Shown here one piece after another: positions 22,309 through 32,483 of a stretch of 64,000 nt of DNA. This stretch comes from Spirochaetia bacterium (GTDB lineage: Bacteria > Spirochaetota > Spirochaetia > DSM-2461), in the NCBI GenBank assembly GCA_963668315.1, contig OY764216.1:3680001-3744000 (forward strand). Reading direction: 5' to 3'. Made by a program: the position numbers and the translations under genes. The first letter of the stretch is position 1; each line of letters opens with the position of its first letter. Under the pieces are notes generated by a model. The model was given only the letters and a program-made list of their open reading frames with translations. It had not been told where the DNA came from and made no database searches.

Positions 22309-23148
22309 ATGAAAAAAAATCTGCCCCTGTTCTTTCTCCTTCTTTTATCAAGTCTTTTCGGAGAGGAAAAACTCTCCCTGGACTACCATGAGGATTGGCT
22401 CAGGGGCGAGATTATCTTCGATATCTCCGTTACCCTCCCCACGGGAGAGATGAAACCCACCAACCGTTTTGTCGCCGAGCAGACTATCGAATCGGAAGCT
22501 CCCGGCCTGATCGCCGATGCCCTGGTCAACTTCAGGGTGGATTCCCGGAACAGCCTCGGTTCCCTCTACTACTCGGACGTCCTTTTTTACAATAAGCTGG
22601 AAGAGCTTATCGGCGGCCAGAATAAGATTTTCAGTAAAACCTCCCCGGACATGAAGGAATTCATTATCCGATACAGCCTCAAATTCTACCCCGACCTGGT
22701 ATCCCTTTTCCTGGCCCATGAACGGCCGGTGTCTCCCGACTATCTGGCGGCGATGGGGGCGGACGACGAGCAGTTCACCGGCCTTGTCATCTACGCAGGG
22801 GATCCCGTTCCCTACCACGGAACGGACGAACAGACCCTGCTCAAACCGGCCCTCTTCCCCACCGTATACGACGAAGACATGAACAGGATTTTCGACAGGA
22901 CCTACATGGAGCCCGAATCCCTTCTTCAATGGGGCATGGTGCAGTACAGCGAGGAGATTCCCGACACATTTCTGGAAACCCGGGAGAGGATAGGAATGAA
23001 ACCCATGAAAATTTCCCTCCGCGAAGTTTATGGAAACAACAGCTGCGACCTGATCATTTCCCGGGAGGACGGCCGCATGATTCTGTCAAGCACCGAGTTT
23101 TCCGACTGGCTGAAGGAAGGTCGGGTATTAATCATCATCGGCCGTTGA
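22309..23148 (+). CDS. Secreted hypothetical protein
   Basis: Signal peptide, SD AGGAG, 279 aa; FTGLVIYA...LKPALFP.VYDE motif. Confidence 0.75.
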   Translation: MKKNLPLFFLLLLSSLFGEEKLSLDYHEDWLRGEIIFDISVTLPTGEMKPTNRFVAEQTIESEAPGLIADALVNFRVDSRNSLGSLYYSDVLFYNKLEELIGGQNKIFSKTSPDMKEFIIRYSLKFYPDLVSLFLAHERPVSPDYLAAMGADDEQFTGLVIYAGDPVPYHGTDEQTLLKPALFPTVYDEDMNRIFDRTYMEPESLLQWGMVQYSEEIPDTFLETRERIGMKPMKISLREVYGNNSCDLIISREDGRMILSSTEFSDWLKEGRVLIIIGR

Positions 23149-23182
23149 TCATCCTTACTTTTTTCTGTAAAATATTTCACCT

Positions 23183-24532
23183 ATGAACAGAAATATTTCC
23201 CTCTCAATTGTTGTCCTCACAACATTGTTATTCAGCAGCTGCCATCGATATTTAGGCTATGGTTTATTATACTGGTCCGATGACGAAGCGGCCGTTCCCA
23301 CCGGAACCCCCCTCAGGGTAATTACTCAGTCGGACATTAATGACATCTATCTTGCCTCCCTCCCCGAAACGGAAGAGAAGAGGGAATTTGCCCTGTGGCA
23401 GGTGGGTCTTTTCGATACCGAGGCGGAAAGGGATGAAGCGCTGGCCGATTTCGAACCCTACGTTTCGGCCTACGCCCAGTGCCAGCAGAACCTTCCCCTC
23501 AGGGAGAGGCCGGATGCTTCTTCGGAAAATATTTATAAACTTCGCGAAGGACAGGTCCTCAAGGTCATAGACAGGGAAGAGGAAGAAGTGCAGATAGGAA
23601 GTATGACCGGACACTGGTACCGCCTTCTGACGGAGGACGGAGTTCAGGGCTATACCTTTGATTACTACCTTACCGTCTACAATGAAAAGGACGGTGAACG
23701 GGAAGTGCTCAACGCCCGCCAGGAAGAGGATATTTTCCTTGAGAATGTTGTGGATACCAACTGGCGACCGGAATACTTCTACGACATGAAGAATGAAAAC
23801 CGTATTGATATGAGAAGCTTCCGCGAGGATTACCGCCTCTATATCAACGGAAAGGAAAAAACGATTTACCTGAAAACGGCGGAAAGGGAAATGACCGCCA
23901 ATTACGAGAAGATCTCCAATACGGCATACAAGAAATACGCCTTTCTCGGCACCACGTTCCGCATCGAGATTTATTCGGAATATCTTCTTTCCATCCAGTA
24001 TAATTACGAAGACAGGGAGTACAAGGAGGCCTTTGTCCGCCTGACGACTCCGGTCAGCGATTTGATAAGTCAGGCACAGGATCAAAGGGATGAGCAGCTC
24101 TTCTCTTTTATCGATAACGGCCCTGTCTATTCCAGCCAGATTTACGGAGACCTGGAATTCCAGGAAGGCGGGCGCTTTACCTGGACGAAAAAATCCGCAT
24201 TAATCTCCCGTCAGGTCGTATCTTCCGCAGCCGGGGATAACGGTCGAATCTCCTTCAACCTTTTCCCCGATAAATCCCTCAAGGGAAAATACGACGGCGG
24301 AATGACTCTGATTTTCTCCAACGGTGAAAGGCTTCATCTGCTCTTTACCCTGAAAGGAAGAGATATACAGCTTCTTCAGATTCCCGACAGGTATGTCGAC
24401 GGCCAATCGGTTGTCACGGCGGACGATTTTTACGATCCCATTTCCATGTTCTTCTCCGCGCCGGAAATCAGTATGGCCGCAGACTCGGCTCCCGGCGAAG
24501 GGACGGATGCCATGGCGACAGAGACTGAATAA
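23183..24532 (+). CDS. SH3-domain lipoprotein
   Basis: Lipobox LFSSC; LPLRERPD.SSE.IYKLREGQVLKV...WYRLLTEDGVQGY. Confidence 0.8.
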   Translation: MNRNISLSIVVLTTLLFSSCHRYLGYGLLYWSDDEAAVPTGTPLRVITQSDINDIYLASLPETEEKREFALWQVGLFDTEAERDEALADFEPYVSAYAQCQQNLPLRERPDASSENIYKLREGQVLKVIDREEEEVQIGSMTGHWYRLLTEDGVQGYTFDYYLTVYNEKDGEREVLNARQEEDIFLENVVDTNWRPEYFYDMKNENRIDMRSFREDYRLYINGKEKTIYLKTAEREMTANYEKISNTAYKKYAFLGTTFRIEIYSEYLLSIQYNYEDREYKEAFVRLTTPVSDLISQAQDQRDEQLFSFIDNGPVYSSQIYGDLEFQEGGRFTWTKKSALISRQVVSSAAGDNGRISFNLFPDKSLKGKYDGGMTLIFSNGERLHLLFTLKGRDIQLLQIPDRYVDGQSVVTADDFYDPISMFFSAPEISMAADSAPGEGTDAMATETE

Positions 24533-26493
24533 TGGCCTATCTCCAGATAAGCGGGATTTCCCTGGCCTTCGGCGACAGAGATATACTCAAGGATATCAAT
24601 CTCAATCTTTCCGAAAAAAGCAGGATAGCCGTAGCCGGGGCAAACGGATGCGGTAAATCGACCTTTCTCAAGCTCCTTTCCCACAAAATGGAGCCGGACA
24701 GGGGCTCCATCATCATCCAGAAGGATGCCACGACCGGCTATCTTCCCCAGTCCGGCCTGGTCCACAGGGGGCGAAGCCTTTTCGAGGAAGCGGAAGCCGC
24801 CTATGATGAAATAAAGGAAGAACTGGCCCACGGGGAGGAGATCGGGGAAAAACTTAAGAACCCCCATCTACCGCAAGAGGAGAGCGAAGAGCTGATCGAA
24901 TCTCTCCATCTGATCCACGAGAGAGCCGAAACAAGCGGTTATTACAACCGGGAAGCCTCTATCGGACGGATTCTGACCGGTCTGGGATTCAGCAGGGAAG
25001 ACCTCGAGAAAGAGGCGTCCACTTTCTCCGGCGGATGGCAGATGCGCATCGCCCTGGCAAAGCTGCTTCTCAAGTCTCCCGATTTTCTCTTTCTGGACGA
25101 ACCGACCAACTATCTGGACCTGGAAGCGCGAAACTGGCTCAGGGACTTTCTCTCCTCCTATCACGGCGGTGTCATTCTGGTCTCCCATGACCGCTACTTC
25201 CTTGATTCCACCATAAAAGAGGTGGGAGAACTGTTTCTGGGGCAGTTTAAAATATATAAAGGCACCTATACCCATTATCAGAAGCAGCGCGAGCAGGAGC
25301 TGGAAACCCTGATGGCCGCCTATGAGCAGCAGCAGGAGGAGATTGCCCGGCTGGAAGACTTTATCCGCCGCTTCAGAGCCAAGGCCACCAAGGCGTCCCA
25401 GGTTCAGTCCCGGGTAAAAATGCTCGAGAACATGGAAAAGATTGTGATTCCCGATAATTTACGGAAAATGTCCCTGAAATTTCCCGATCCGCCCCACTCC
25501 GGCCGGATCGTCCAGGAAATGACGGACCTTTCCAAGAGCTACGACGGGGAAAATTACATCATAAAGGATTTCAACTTCACCCTGGAAAAAGGGGAAAAGC
25601 TTGTTGTCTCAGGCGTCAACGGCGCGGGAAAATCCACTTTGATGAGGATTCTGGCGGGAATTGATTCCCGCTACGAAGGTTCGGTCAAGAACGGCACCAA
25701 TGTATCCGTCGGATACTTTGCCCAGGAGCAGGACAAAGAACTTGATCCGGAGCTGACCGTTATCGAGGAACTGGAGAAAAGCGCCCATACGTCCGATATT
25801 CCCAGGCTCAGGACAATGGCGGGGGCCTTTCTTTTCTCCGGAGATGATATCTACAAAAAAGTCTCCTTTCTCTCGGGAGGGGAAAAGAACCGCCTTGCCC
25901 TTTTGAAAATGCTACTCCAGCCCTTCAACCTGCTGATTATGGACGAACCGACGAACCATCTGGACATCCATTCCAAGGATATCCTCCTGGATGCTCTCAA
26001 GAACTATCAGGGCACCCTGATCTTTGTCTCCCACGACCGTTACTTCATAGAACAGCTGGCAGAGAAAGTTCTCGAACTTTCCCCTGAAGGACCGATTCTC
26101 TACCAGGGCGACTACTCCTATTACCTCTGGAAAAAGGAACAGGGCGACAGTGAATCAGAACCCGAACCGGAGCAGAAGAGTACCGCGGAAACCGCGGTAG
26201 CAGCTTCACCGGGGGGGGATACGAAAAGCTCCTTGTCCCGGGAGGATGAGAAAAAAATGAAAGCCCAGATCCGTCGTCTCCGAAGGGAGGAGGAAACTCT
26301 GCTCGAGCAGATAACCGAACTGGGAGAAAAACAGGCAAAGCTGGAAGAGGATCTTTCCAGGCCGGAAATTTATTCGGACGGCGAGGAATCGGCCCGGATA
26401 TCCAGGGAGCTGGAAGCGATCAAGGAAGAAGAGATCGATCTCTCCTACCGCTGGGAGGAGATCACGGAACAGCTTGAGGCCCTGGAGGAGTAA
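24532..26493 (+). CDS. ABC-F family ATPase (ribosome-associated, Uup-like C-terminal coiled coil)
   Basis: Two ABC domains (GANGCGKST/FSGGW/LDEPTN and GVNGAGKST/LSGGE/MDEPTN), no TM segments. Confidence 0.95.
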   Translation: MAYLQISGISLAFGDRDILKDINLNLSEKSRIAVAGANGCGKSTFLKLLSHKMEPDRGSIIIQKDATTGYLPQSGLVHRGRSLFEEAEAAYDEIKEELAHGEEIGEKLKNPHLPQEESEELIESLHLIHERAETSGYYNREASIGRILTGLGFSREDLEKEASTFSGGWQMRIALAKLLLKSPDFLFLDEPTNYLDLEARNWLRDFLSSYHGGVILVSHDRYFLDSTIKEVGELFLGQFKIYKGTYTHYQKQREQELETLMAAYEQQQEEIARLEDFIRRFRAKATKASQVQSRVKMLENMEKIVIPDNLRKMSLKFPDPPHSGRIVQEMTDLSKSYDGENYIIKDFNFTLEKGEKLVVSGVNGAGKSTLMRILAGIDSRYEGSVKNGTNVSVGYFAQEQDKELDPELTVIEELEKSAHTSDIPRLRTMAGAFLFSGDDIYKKVSFLSGGEKNRLALLKMLLQPFNLLIMDEPTNHLDIHSKDILLDALKNYQGTLIFVSHDRYFIEQLAEKVLELSPEGPILYQGDYSYYLWKKEQGDSESEPEPEQKSTAETAVAASPGGDTKSSLSREDEKKMKAQIRRLRREEETLLEQITELGEKQAKLEEDLSRPEIYSDGEESARISRELEAIKEEEIDLSYRWEEITEQLEALEE

Positions 26494-26499
26494 CTAATT

Positions 26500-27393
26500 T
26501 CAGGAATATTTCCTGATAACCCTTTGAACATCGCTCAGGTAACCGGTTCCGAACAGATTCAGATGATTGAGAAGATGGTAAAGATTATATAGATCCTTTC
26601 GTTCACCGAAGTCCTTCTCTATGGGATAGAGGCTGTGGTAGGAACGGAAAAATTCTTCCGGCGGCATTCCGAAAAGCTGAATCATAGCAAGGTCGGCTTC
26701 GGGATGCCCGTAGTAGGCGGCCGGGTCTATAAGCCAGGCCCTTCCGTCATCCCCGGTCAGAATGTTTCCCGACCACAGATCACCGTGTAGGAGGGACGGA
26801 TGCCCGGGAACGGGAAGATAGTAATCCAGCCGGTCAAGAAGCCGGAGGAGTGTCCGACTCATGGCTCCGTCTATATAGGAAGAGGCCTTGCTTATCTGGT
26901 AATCCAGACGGCGGACTCTGTAAAACTCCACCCAATCGTTCATCCAGCCGTTGGGCTGTTCGGAAAATCCGATAAAATTATCTTCGAAGAAACCGAATCG
27001 GCTTTCCCTGTCCGCCAGATGAAAGCGGGCCAGTTCTTCACCGAATATCTGCCAGAAGAATTCATTCCTGTTCCCGCTCTGCAGGAAAGGAAGAATCAGA
27101 AAGGACTTATCCCCCTCAACGCCGAAAGCCAGAGGTTCGGGAATCCCGATTGTCCCTACCCTTCTCATTTCAAGAAGGGCACGGAATTCCGTTCTGAAGA
27201 AGGGAAGATTTACCCTGGAATTTTCCTTGATGAAGAGATGGGAACCGTCATTCAGCACCAGCTTGAAGGCTTTGTTGATCTCCCCGCCGGTAAGAGGTTC
27301 ACGGTTTATCACCGCCACCTCATTCCCGGTGATATGCCTTAAGGCTTCAGAAAGGGAATCAAAGGATACAGGCGGGGAAAAATCAGACGACAA
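26500..27393 (-). CDS. Fructosamine-3-kinase-family protein
   Basis: GGEIN, FGF..DNFIG...Q.N, PSLLHGDLWSGN, IDPA.YYGH.EADLAM, YHLLNHLNLFG. Confidence 0.95.
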   Translation of the reverse strand: MSSDFSPPVSFDSLSEALRHITGNEVAVINREPLTGGEINKAFKLVLNDGSHLFIKENSRVNLPFFRTEFRALLEMRRVGTIGIPEPLAFGVEGDKSFLILPFLQSGNRNEFFWQIFGEELARFHLADRESRFGFFEDNFIGFSEQPNGWMNDWVEFYRVRRLDYQISKASSYIDGAMSRTLLRLLDRLDYYLPVPGHPSLLHGDLWSGNILTGDDGRAWLIDPAAYYGHPEADLAMIQLFGMPPEEFFRSYHSLYPIEKDFGERKDLYNLYHLLNHLNLFGTGYLSDVQRVIRKYS

Positions 27394-27865
27394 GGGGCTT
27401 TATGCTCCCCAGAAGGGATTTGCAGGTACGTTCTGCAATGGAATAGACTTTTTCGAAACCGGAAGGCCCGCCGTAATAAGGATCGGGAACTTCAAGGCCT
27501 TTGCCTTCGGGATCGTAATCCCGGAACATCTTTACTTTTTCCAGATGGGCTTTGTTGGTGATCATTTTTTTAATGTGATCATGGTTTTCCCTGTCCATGG
27601 GAAGGATCAAATCAAAATTATCCAAATCTTCTTTTTTAAATTGCTGTGACCTGAGATGGTCGAGAGAAACACCATGGCTGGCCGCTACCCCCGTCATGCG
27701 GGGATCGGGCATCTCACCCTGGTGGTATCCGCTGGTACCTGACGATTCCACATCAATCAGCTGGTCCAGTGAAGCATCTTTTATCAGTTTTTCAAAGATG
27801 CCGTGGGCCAGAGGGGAACGGCAGATATTACCCAGACAGACAAACATTATCCGGTATTTTTTCAT
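27383..27865 (-). CDS. Low-molecular-weight protein tyrosine phosphatase
   Basis: VCLGNICRSP P-loop and VPDPYYG. Confidence 0.96.
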   Translation of the reverse strand: MKKYRIMFVCLGNICRSPLAHGIFEKLIKDASLDQLIDVESSGTSGYHQGEMPDPRMTGVAASHGVSLDHLRSQQFKKEDLDNFDLILPMDRENHDHIKKMITNKAHLEKVKMFRDYDPEGKGLEVPDPYYGGPSGFEKVYSIAERTCKSLLGSIKPLVV

Positions 27866-27925
27866 GGGTACGATTATAGGTGAATACCCCTACAGGATCA
27901 AGGGCGGCCGCCCGATATTAGTACT

Positions 27926-28558
27926 ATGAAATTAAAATACAACGCGCCAGTTACCATAACTTTTGCGATGATCTGCACGGCTGTTCTGGCCCTGGATCTG
28001 TATCTTGTTCCGGGCCTTGTGGAAAGCCTTTTCACAGCGGAAGGGTCTCTGACCTTTCGCATCGACTCCATAGCCTCCTATGTCCGGGTCATAACCCATA
28101 TATTCGGCCATGAAAGCTGGGACCATCTTCTCAGCAATATGATGCTGATTCTCCTTCTGGGGCCTATTCTGGAAGAGAAATACCACTCCGGCCCCCTTCT
28201 CTGGATGATTTTCATCACGGCGCTGATAAACGGCCTGGTGAACGGCCTTCTTTTCCCGACAGCCCTGATGGGTTCCAGCGGAATCGCCTTCATGATGATC
28301 CTCCTGGTATCCTTCGCCAATATCAAATGGGGAGAAATCCCCCTGACGTTCTTCCTTGTGCTGATTCTTTATCTTTTGAAGGAATTCCTGGCCATCTACC
28401 GGGGTGACGACATCTCACAGATATCCCACATCATCGGCGGGGCATGCGGAGCGGTATTCGGTTTTTCAAAAACGGTCATTACCCAGAAGAAAAAAGTCCC
28501 CCGGGAAGCACCGGCTCCGGCGAACGGAACCGGCGGTAATATAACCGTGGTGAATTAG
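27926..28558 (+). CDS. Rhomboid-family intramembrane serine protease
   Basis: H..W.HLL.N, GSSG catalytic Ser, SHIIGG catalytic His; several TM segments. Confidence 0.9.
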   Translation: MKLKYNAPVTITFAMICTAVLALDLYLVPGLVESLFTAEGSLTFRIDSIASYVRVITHIFGHESWDHLLSNMMLILLLGPILEEKYHSGPLLWMIFITALINGLVNGLLFPTALMGSSGIAFMMILLVSFANIKWGEIPLTFFLVLILYLLKEFLAIYRGDDISQISHIIGGACGAVFGFSKTVITQKKKVPREAPAPANGTGGNITVVN

Positions 28559-28607
28559 GAGAAGTAAGCGGCCTCGGAACAGCTTAACTGTCTGTCAGAC
28601 GGCCGGC

Positions 28608-30539
28608 TTAATCTTCCTTTGACTCCAGAGTCTTGGTCTTGATGAACCTGGCGCCGTTGAACTCCTTGGCCTTTATCCTGACTCCCCGCGCTTTGACTCC
28701 CTTTACCAGATAGTTTTCCACGGGGAAGTAATCCGCCGTCTGAATCAGGCTCTTCTGCTTGAAATCAATGACAGCCGACACATCTTCGGCGGTGGTAAAC
28801 TTCACCAGAGTGCCCTCTTCCGGCATTAATTCATAGTTCCGGTTCATAATGAACTGAGTGATCTTGCACCGCTTAATATAGGGATAATTATTCTCCCCGT
28901 TGCGGTAAATCATGGTGAAGACCGTTTCTTCCATGACATCCTTGTCGGCCAGACCGCAGTAAAGCACACCCTTGCCGACAAAGGCCTTATCCATCACCTG
29001 AGTGGCATAGTAGGTTCCGTCTTTTCGGATGATGATAATTTTATCGTAAATGGAACAATCAAAGAGAGACTTGCCCTTGGATACCTCATAACCGAGATAC
29101 CCCGTATCCCCGTCGTAATGCATCTTCAGATTCCTCTGGGCCGCGTCCCGGATATCCACCCTCTCTATGGAGAGCAGCTCCGTTCTTCGCTCAAAGTCTT
29201 TACCCATGCCCTCCAGAACGGATTCCACATAGGAAACGGCATATTCGGTCAAATGACGCAGATGATGTCTGACCTGCTTCAGACGGATCTCCAGTTCCTG
29301 GATTTCCCTTTTCATTTTCTCAATATCATACAGGGAGATACGGCGGATGGGGATTTTCAGAAGATGTTCCAGATCCTCATCGGTGATATTCCTTTTAATC
29401 TCATCCTTAAAGGGGATGAAACCGTCAAGAACGGCTTTGTTGATAGTCTCGGGAGACTTCATGGTTTCAATGTTCTTATAGATCCTCTCCTCTATAAAGA
29501 TTCTCTCCAGGGTCCGGATATGAATCTTATCGAGAAGTTTGCCCTCTTCCAGTTTCAGCTCTTTCCTGAGGATATCCACCAGAAGTCCCGCATGATGCTG
29601 AATAACCTGGGTTACCGTCATCTTGACCGGTTTTTCATCGCTGATAAGGAGCAGATTACAGCTGATGGAGCTTTCGCAGTCCGTAAAGGCGTATAAACCG
29701 TCCACCACGTCATTGGCATGAACGCCGCGGGGCAGTTTAATCTCGATTTCCACCTCCTCGGCGGTAAAATCGCTGATGGCACCCACCTTGATCTTATTCT
29801 TTTTGGCGGCGCTTTCAATGGAGGTTATGAGGCTCTCGGTGGTACAGCCGAAGGGCAGTTCCTTGACGAGGATGCGTTTTTCATCGCTGGTATCGAGACG
29901 GGCCCGGGTGATAACCTTTCCCATGCCGTCCTGATAGTCGGAAACATCCACCAGACCTCCGGTGGGGAAATCGGGATAGAGCTGAAAGGATTCGCCCAGA
30001 AGGGCCGATTTCACCGCTTCCATCACTTCGCGGAAGTTATGGGGCAGTATCTTAGTGGACATACCTACGGCGATACCTTCGGCTCCCAGAATCAATACCA
30101 GGGGGATTTTCGCGGGAAAAGTGATAGGCTCCTTGCGTCTTCCGTCGTAGGAGTCGGTAAAATCGGTAATCTCCGGATTATAGAGGTAATCCTTGGCTTT
30201 GGGCAGCAGACGGCACTCGATATAACGGGCGGCGGAGGCCGGGTCTCCCGTATAGAGGTTTCCGAAGTTTCCCTGACGGTCAATGAGGATCTCCTTATTG
30301 GCCAGGTTTACCAGGGCTTCATAGATCGAAGCGTCTCCGTGGGGATGGTACTGCATACAGTGGCCCACCACATTGGCGACCTTATGGAATTTTCCGTCGT
30401 CCACGTCCATGAGGGACTGGAGAATACGTCTCTGAACGGGCTTCAGACCGTCGTTCAGATGGGGAATGGCCCTTTCCTTGATAACATAGGAGGCATATTC
30501 CAGAAAGTTTTTTTCAAAAAGAGTTCCTATATAGGCCAT
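28608..30539 (-). CDS. parC: DNA topoisomerase IV subunit A
   Basis: DGLKPVQRR, HPHGD, catalytic AARY; short (643 aa), no GyrA box. Confidence 0.92.
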   Translation of the reverse strand: MAYIGTLFEKNFLEYASYVIKERAIPHLNDGLKPVQRRILQSLMDVDDGKFHKVANVVGHCMQYHPHGDASIYEALVNLANKEILIDRQGNFGNLYTGDPASAARYIECRLLPKAKDYLYNPEITDFTDSYDGRRKEPITFPAKIPLVLILGAEGIAVGMSTKILPHNFREVMEAVKSALLGESFQLYPDFPTGGLVDVSDYQDGMGKVITRARLDTSDEKRILVKELPFGCTTESLITSIESAAKKNKIKVGAISDFTAEEVEIEIKLPRGVHANDVVDGLYAFTDCESSISCNLLLISDEKPVKMTVTQVIQHHAGLLVDILRKELKLEEGKLLDKIHIRTLERIFIEERIYKNIETMKSPETINKAVLDGFIPFKDEIKRNITDEDLEHLLKIPIRRISLYDIEKMKREIQELEIRLKQVRHHLRHLTEYAVSYVESVLEGMGKDFERRTELLSIERVDIRDAAQRNLKMHYDGDTGYLGYEVSKGKSLFDCSIYDKIIIIRKDGTYYATQVMDKAFVGKGVLYCGLADKDVMEETVFTMIYRNGENNYPYIKRCKITQFIMNRNYELMPEEGTLVKFTTAEDVSAVIDFKQKSLIQTADYFPVENYLVKGVKARGVRIKAKEFNGARFIKTKTLESKED

Positions 30540-32335
30540 TATACTAAATTCTCCATAATGTAATCACGCCTCTGGGGCGTGTTCTTTCCCATGTAGAATT
30601 CCAGAGTCTCCGGAACGGTCTTCATGGTTTTGATATTGATGGGTACGAGACGCATATCCTCGCCGATAAAGGGTCCGAATTCCTTGGGGCTGATCTCACC
30701 CAGTCCCTTGAACCGGGTCACCTCGTGACCGCGGATCTCCGACATGGCCTCATCCCTCTCCTTTTCACTGTAGCAGTAGCGGGTGACCTGTTTGTTCCTG
30801 ACCCTGAAAAGAGGGGTTTCCAGGATGAAAATATGTCCGGCCACGACCAGCTCTTCAAAGTAGTTCAGGAAAAAGGTCAGCATAAGATTACGGATATGAA
30901 ACCCGTCGTTATCCGCATCGGTGGCGATGACGATTCTTTCATAGCGCAGGTTCTCTATGTCATTCTCGATTCCCAGGGCCATCATCAGATTATAAAGCTC
31001 TTCGTTCTTGTAGATAGCGGTCCGCCCTTTCCCCTGGGAGTTCCAGGGCTTACCTCTCAAAGAGTAGATGGCCTGGAGGTACACGTCCCTCGTGCTGACC
31101 ATGGAACCGGTCGCCGACTGTCCCTCGGTGATGAAAATCGTGGAGCCGCTGCCCTTCTCACCGTCCGTCCGATGGTATTTGCAGTCCTTCAGTTTGGGTA
31201 TGTTCAGGCTGATTTTTTTCGCCGCCGCCTTGGCTTCTTTCTTGACGGCGTTGAGCTCTTTGCGGAGCTTTTCGTTATTGATGATTTTATTTTCCAGAAC
31301 CCGGGCCGGCTCCTCGTTCTTATGGAGAAAATCGACCACGCCGGCCTTCACTTCATTGACGACCCAGGCCCTGATATCCGTGTTACCCAGCTTGTTCTTG
31401 GTCTGGCTCTCGAATACCGGATCCTTAACCTTGATGGCGATGGCCCCGCAGAGCCCTTCCCGCACATCCGTACCGGAGTAGCTCTTCTTATAAAATTCGT
31501 TTACCCCCTTGAGGATTCCCTCGCGGAACGCACTCAAATGGGTTCCCCCGTCGGAGGTGTACTGTCCGTTGACAAAGGAAAAATGGGTCTCCCCGTAGTT
31601 ATTCGTATGGGTAAAGGCGATTTCGATTTTATCCGCCTCGTAGTAGCCGATATCGTAAAGGGTGTCCCCGTCCACTTCGTTGTCGAGAAGATCGTACAGT
31701 CCTCTTTTCGATTCAAACTTCTGCTTATTGAAGTAGAGGCGCAGCCCCTTGTTCAGACAGGCATAATTCCACATCCTCTGCTCGATGAACTCATGATTGA
31801 AGGTGTAGTCGCCAAAAATTTCCCTGTCGGGAATAAACTCGAAATAGGTCCCGTCATCATGGCCGTCGGCCTTCCCCTTCTTTTCCTCCAGAAGGTTTCC
31901 CCGGGAGAATTTGGCCATGGAAAACTGACCGTCCCGGTAGGATTTGACGACGAAATGAGAACTGAGGGCGTTCACCGCTTTGGTACCGACGCCGTTGAGC
32001 CCCACACTGAACTGAAAAACGTCATCGTTGTACTTGGCTCCCGTATTAATGACGGAAACACATTCCACGATTTTTCCCAGGGGAATACCCCGTCCTCTGT
32101 CTCTGACGGCGACTTTCTCGCCGTCTACCATGATATCGATCCGTTTACCGAATCCCATGATATATTCATCAATAGAGTTATCGATGATCTCTTTTACAAG
32201 TATATAAATTCCGTCATCCGGATTGGAACCGTCACCGAGGCGTCCGATGTACATACCGGACCGCAGACGTATGTGTTCTAAAGAGCTAAGTGTTTTTATC
32301 TTGCTCTCGTCATAGACATTTTTCTTTTCAGCCAT
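30539..32335 (-). CDS. parE: DNA topoisomerase IV subunit B
   Basis: GHKL motifs (EIIDNSIDE, GRGIP, GLNGVG), TOPRIM EGQSA, LRGK, DADNDG, RFKGLGE; 598 aa. Confidence 0.92.
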   Translation of the reverse strand: MAEKKNVYDESKIKTLSSLEHIRLRSGMYIGRLGDGSNPDDGIYILVKEIIDNSIDEYIMGFGKRIDIMVDGEKVAVRDRGRGIPLGKIVECVSVINTGAKYNDDVFQFSVGLNGVGTKAVNALSSHFVVKSYRDGQFSMAKFSRGNLLEEKKGKADGHDDGTYFEFIPDREIFGDYTFNHEFIEQRMWNYACLNKGLRLYFNKQKFESKRGLYDLLDNEVDGDTLYDIGYYEADKIEIAFTHTNNYGETHFSFVNGQYTSDGGTHLSAFREGILKGVNEFYKKSYSGTDVREGLCGAIAIKVKDPVFESQTKNKLGNTDIRAWVVNEVKAGVVDFLHKNEEPARVLENKIINNEKLRKELNAVKKEAKAAAKKISLNIPKLKDCKYHRTDGEKGSGSTIFITEGQSATGSMVSTRDVYLQAIYSLRGKPWNSQGKGRTAIYKNEELYNLMMALGIENDIENLRYERIVIATDADNDGFHIRNLMLTFFLNYFEELVVAGHIFILETPLFRVRNKQVTRYCYSEKERDEAMSEIRGHEVTRFKGLGEISPKEFGPFIGEDMRLVPINIKTMKTVPETLEFYMGKNTPQRRDYIMENLV

Positions 32336-32483
32336 GGTGCTATTTTATTCCTATTCAAAAAAATTGACAAGGGGATTTATTCTCCCGGGGGAGCCGGTGA
32401 ACTTGGGCAGTTTCCCCTCATAACTCCCCGGAAGGGGGGAAGGAAGGTTGAAAAAAACGAGGAGAGGGCTATAATAGGGCCCT

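Noticed and set aside
32375..32440. GC-rich imperfect inverted repeat between the parE and helicase promoters; similar imperfect stem at 28566-28609
   Set aside because: Single copies, not shared with other intergenic regions, so there is no support for a REP/MITE family or an ncRNA.
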